In this document: positions 50,662-53,102 of the stretch, piece by piece | Layout: each line of letters begins with the position of its first letter | How positions within the stretch are numbered: the first letter of the stretch is position 1 | From: a virus | Strand: one strand, 5' to 3' | Length of the DNA: 53,102 bases | Virus record (IMG/VR): IMGVR_UViG_3300050501_000425 | Made by a program: the position numbers and the translations under genes | The notes under the pieces: generated by a model | The model's database searches: none | What the model was told of the DNA's origin: nothing | The model's input: only the letters and a program-made list of their open reading frames with translations

Positions 50662-50897
50662 GACTTCCTCCGGCTCGGAAGCCGGAATCCCATGGGCTCC
50701 AGCTTCGCGTCGATGATCTCCTTGCTCACGATGCTCAGTCCGGGCGGCAGGTCATCACGATCGGTGCGCACCAGCTGCCCCAGGGTCATGATCCCGTGAC
50801 GCTGCAACGCATTCTTGATCCTGGTGGACATGCGCTGGCCCCATGGGTCGATGGAGAAGTCCATCTCCCCGATCTTGGTGTCGAGGTCAGCTTTCAT
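50658..50897 (-). CDS. RNA polymerase alpha-subunit C-terminal-domain-like protein
   Basis: MSTRIKNALQRHGIMTLGQLVRTDRDDLPPGLSIVSKEIIDAKLEPMGFRL follows the alpha-CTD helix-hairpin-helix pattern (LSxRxxNxL...IxTxGxL...L...G..S..EI...L..G..L). ATG 50897 follows AGGAGG. Confidence 0.55.
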   Translation of the reverse strand: MKADLDTKIGEMDFSIDPWGQRMSTRIKNALQRHGIMTLGQLVRTDRDDLPPGLSIVSKEIIDAKLEPMGFRLPSRRKS

Positions 50898-51081
50898 CGG
50901 GCAGGCCCTCCTCCAGGAGAGCCTTGACCTCACTGGCCCGGTAGCGTCTGTGTCCCCCCGGTGTCTTGATCGACGACAGCTTGCCCGTCAGTGCCCAGCG
51001 GCCCACCGTCTTGGGGTCCACCCGGAACATCGCGGCCACCTCCCCCGGCTTGAGCAACTTCTCCTTCTCCTTGTCCGCCAT
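50887..51081 (-). CDS. Excisionase/MerR-type HTH protein
   Basis: ATG 51081 follows AGGAGGAAA. Contains LLKPGEVAAMFRVDPKTVGRWALTGKLSSIKTPGGHRRY. Confidence 0.65.
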   Translation of the reverse strand: MADKEKEKLLKPGEVAAMFRVDPKTVGRWALTGKLSSIKTPGGHRRYRASEVKALLEEGLPDES

Positions 51082-51303
51082 CGGTTTCCTCCTGTGGCTC
51101 ATCCCACCAGCGGTCAGTGTGACCATAGAGTGGATCGATCAGTTCTCTCAGGCTCGGGGGGTATGTCTCATCCAGAAGCCAGGGGTCCCAGTGGCACGCC
51201 GGAGGGGGTGTCTCGGGGTCCAAGCCCATGGCCAACACCAGGCCCTTGTACACCGGCAGGTCCATGTGCTTGCCCTTCCTTCGGGTTCTAGGGATTGTCT
51301 TCA
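50930..51303 (-). CDS. Hypothetical protein with an implausibly long 3' overlap
   Basis: MKTIPRTRRKGKHMDLPVYKGLVLAMGLDPE...DRWWDEPQEE looks coding. The frame then runs about 150 nt across the next genes as Gly/Gln-rich sequence. Confidence 0.35.
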
Positions 51304-51518
51304 TCGGTTTCCTCCGGTAGGTACCGTCCGATCTCGACGATGGCCGCGTAGAGCGCCTTCTCGATCTGCCCATCGATGACCCGGCTGCATATGTCACAGG
51401 CGAAACCCTCATGGGCACCCCCGCATTTCTCACAGCCCCACAGGGTGCACCCGCGCCAGATGTGCCCCCTGCCGAAACAGGGGGCAACCTGGGTGTCAAT
51501 CAGTTCCTGGGGCGTCAC
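51288..51518 (-). CDS. Cys-rich protein (76 aa, GTG start)
   Basis: GTG 51518 follows GGAGGACGACG. Contains CFGRGHIWRGCTLWGCEKCGGAHEGFACDIC. Confidence 0.55.
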   Translation of the reverse strand: MTPQELIDTQVAPCFGRGHIWRGCTLWGCEKCGGAHEGFACDICSRVIDGQIEKALYAAIVEIGRYLPEETDEDNP

Positions 51519-51918
51519 CGTCGTCCTCCAGTAGCTTGTAGTGCTTCTCGATGAGATCAGCGACCACGGTGAACGGCAGGCGGAACTCGTCATTGATGAC
51601 TGACAATCTGACAAGTTCGGAATGGTGCTCAACCCGAGGGTCATATTCCTGCAGGCCCAGACCGGCCCAGTCGCGCACCAATGGGGGCAGGAACAGGATC
51701 TCCGTATCGAACTTCTTGACTGGACCACCCATGCTGTCGTGATCGTCGGTGACGTCCAGGTTCAGGCCGTCGGCCAGGGCCACCTCGCAGAACACCCCCA
51801 TGCAGCAGTAGGCCACCGTGCCGTCGGGTAGTCTGCGCGCCAGCCGTCCCTGGTCCTGCTTGAACTGTCCACTGCGCAGGGCGGCAACCACCTTGCGCAT
51901 GTTGACTTTGTTAATCAT
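51496..51918 (-). CDS. Hypothetical protein (140 aa)
   Basis: ORF track. RBS GGAGAGGAGAGAGGAA. Confidence 0.7.
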   Translation of the reverse strand: MINKVNMRKVVAALRSGQFKQDQGRLARRLPDGTVAYCCMGVFCEVALADGLNLDVTDDHDSMGGPVKKFDTEILFLPPLVRDWAGLGLQEYDPRVEHHSELVRLSVINDEFRLPFTVVADLIEKHYKLLEDDGDAPGTD

Positions 51919-51934
51919 TCCTCTCTCCTCTCCT

Positions 51935-52126
51935 TCAGCCGATGGGACGCCCGCGCCGCAATGCCGCCGAAGCAGGCGCTGCGGCCAGGCGGCCTAGCAT
52001 TCTCCACTTGCGGTTGACCTGCCACAGGTAGTGGTCGTCACAGACGTGGGCACCTTTCTCCCCGCGCCAGCGGACGAACTGCCCCATGTTCTGCGGGGCG
52101 TCACTTAGTTGCTTCGAGCCCATCAC
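51935..52126 (-). CDS. Hypothetical protein (63 aa)
   Basis: ORF track. Confidence 0.55.
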   Translation of the reverse strand: MMGSKQLSDAPQNMGQFVRWRGEKGAHVCDDHYLWQVNRKWRMLGRLAAAPASAALRRGRPIG

Positions 52127-52379
52127 GCAGACCTTCCAGCGCTTCGACGATCACACGCTTCATGTCCAGGGGGGTCCTGACGCCGGGGGGAACCTTCAGG
52201 TTCTGTACCCCGGGGATGATCCCCGTGTCCAGGAAGTTGATCAGGTCGCGGTTCCTGCTGGTCTTGTGCCGCAGGAACCCCGCCCGGTCCAGGGTGGACA
52301 CGGCGTCTTGACCACGGCTGCGACACAAAGCCATGATCACACGGATTTGTTCGGCGGTCTCGGGTTCCATCCTCTTCAT
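52101..52379 (-). CDS. Hypothetical protein (92 aa)
   Basis: ORF track. Confidence 0.6.
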   Translation of the reverse strand: MKRMEPETAEQIRVIMALCRSRGQDAVSTLDRAGFLRHKTSRNRDLINFLDTGIIPGVQNLKVPPGVRTPLDMKRVIVEALEGLRDGLEATK

Positions 52380-52412
52380 GCTTGATCCTCCCTCTCCCGT
52401 GATGCTACAGGC

Positions 52413-52625
52413 TCACCGCGCCACTTGTCCAGTTCCGAGGAGCCCCTCAGGAACGACGTGGGGGTCCGGGAACACCGCATCGGCTCCCTCCCAGTGCCCC
52501 AGGGCGAAATAGGGGCACAGGCGGCAGTTGAGGACGGGTACGCCTGGATAGGGGTAGGCCTCAAGGCCGCCTTGCTCCACGCAGCTGGGGCAGAAGACCT
52601 CCGGCATCCGCTGCACCTTGATCAT
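52413..52625 (-). CDS. Cys-containing protein (70 aa)
   Basis: FCPSCVEQG...NCRLCPY. Confidence 0.6.
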   Translation of the reverse strand: MIKVQRMPEVFCPSCVEQGGLEAYPYPGVPVLNCRLCPYFALGHWEGADAVFPDPHVVPEGLLGTGQVAR

Positions 52626-52627
52626 GT

Positions 52628-52978
52628 CTACCTCCTTGTCCGTGCCTCCTGATAGCTGTGGGAAATCTCGTCAACCATGATGACCAGGTGCCGCACGAGC
52701 ATGGGTAGCACGTCGGCCGGGACCGCCCCGATGGCACGGTCCAGCTCCTGGCACACCGGCTGTCCGGCCTCATATGTTGCTGTACCGAGCCTGCACTCCC
52801 GGGCCAGGCCGAACAGCTCCTCGATCAAGCGGTCGATGTCCACGGCAGCCTTGGGAAAACGGCTCGCCGGGATGTCGAAGCAGTAGGTGCTCGGTCCATC
52901 ACACATCTCGCAGCGACCCCAGGAGCGCACCAGCCCCTCGACCCCCAAACCCTCCTTGCATGGACGACAAAGAAACAT
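52628..52978 (-). CDS. Hypothetical Cys-rich protein (116 aa), first inward gene of the right end
   Basis: The ATG is the inner 3 nt of the right TIR and uses the same RBS as gene 125..442. Product begins MFLCRPCKEG...CEMCDG... Confidence 0.7.
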   Translation of the reverse strand: MFLCRPCKEGLGVEGLVRSWGRCEMCDGPSTYCFDIPASRFPKAAVDIDRLIEELFGLARECRLGTATYEAGQPVCQELDRAIGAVPADVLPMLVRHLVIMVDEISHSYQEARTRR

Positions 52979-53102
52979 CCCCCTCCTCCCTCCTCAAGAT
53001 CATCGTCCTTCGGACGACTCGTGATCCATTCATCCCATGATCCCACGATCATGATCAACTAATGTTACATCTGTTCCTTATCCTACCATCGCGTCCTTGT
53101 CC
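52976..53102. repeat. Right terminal inverted repeat (127 bp)
   Basis: Exact reverse complement of 1-127. Its inner edge supplies the RBS and ATG (52978-52976, minus strand) of the rightmost gene. Confidence 0.95.

Noticed and set aside
46635-51081. Calling the phage temperate on the basis of the XRE-type regulator and excisionase-like HTH genes.
   Set aside because: I recognised no integrase, partition system or attP-like feature. Lifestyle cannot be inferred from these regulators alone.
1-53102. Hairpin-telomere (N15-like) or protein-primed (phi29/PRD1-like) genome type, as suggested by the TIRs.
   Set aside because: No protelomerase, family B polymerase or terminal-protein candidate was recognised, and a terminase with portal is present. 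The question stays open (see findings) and I do not assert either type.

Overview
The window looks like a complete 53.1-kb linear dsDNA tailed-phage genome. By eye it is high-GC, with actinobacterial-style RBSs and many ATGA/TGATG coupled genes. It is bounded by perfect 127-bp terminal inverted repeats (TIRs). Layout: (i) 1-19.2 kb is mostly minus-strand early and accessory genes: three small plus-strand end genes, a GGQ release-factor-like gene, a PrimPol-helicase, an SSB-like protein, a Cas4/RecB-like exonuclease, a DUF2493 protein, a vWA protein, many micro-membrane ORFs, a Ro60/TROVE gene, and an HNH-GntR ORF. (ii) 19.2-46.2 kb is plus-strand morphogenesis and lysis: an intein-containing large terminase, portal, MuF-like protein, protease/scaffold, capsid, connectors, tape measure, minor tail proteins, lysin and holin-like protein. 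An opposite-strand micro-ORF cassette interrupts this block at 26.4-27.2 kb. (iii) 46.2-53.0 kb is minus-strand regulatory and recombination genes: HTH proteins, RusA, a ParB-like protein, an XRE-type regulator, and an RNA polymerase alpha-CTD-like protein. No DNA polymerase, integrase, protelomerase or small terminase was recognised. The most unusual locus is a 2.7-kb protein-free stretch (about 12.0-14.75 kb, minus strand) about 1.3 kb downstream of the Ro60 gene. It holds six tandem RNA modules that share a bipartite motif, GGUGCGA-N6-CGGWUACUUC ... NUGAACUC, closed by covarying 7-bp stems. As I recall it, this motif resembles the Ro-binding helix of Y RNAs. Three modules carry circularly permuted tRNA-like domains with loop-closed acceptor stems, as in YrlA-type bacterial Y RNAs. 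One carries a normal-order cloverleaf and two carry no tRNA domain. The stretch also holds one canonical tRNA-Asn(GUU), aberrant tRNA mimics, and more than 1 kb of unassigned structured RNA. Other notable points: an in-frame TGA inside the GGQ gene; an HNH homing-endonuclease ORF nested out of frame inside the terminase intein; TIRs that each end in the same RBS+ATG driving two different inward genes; an internal copy of the terminal sequence; and at least 15 tiny single-TM ORFs.
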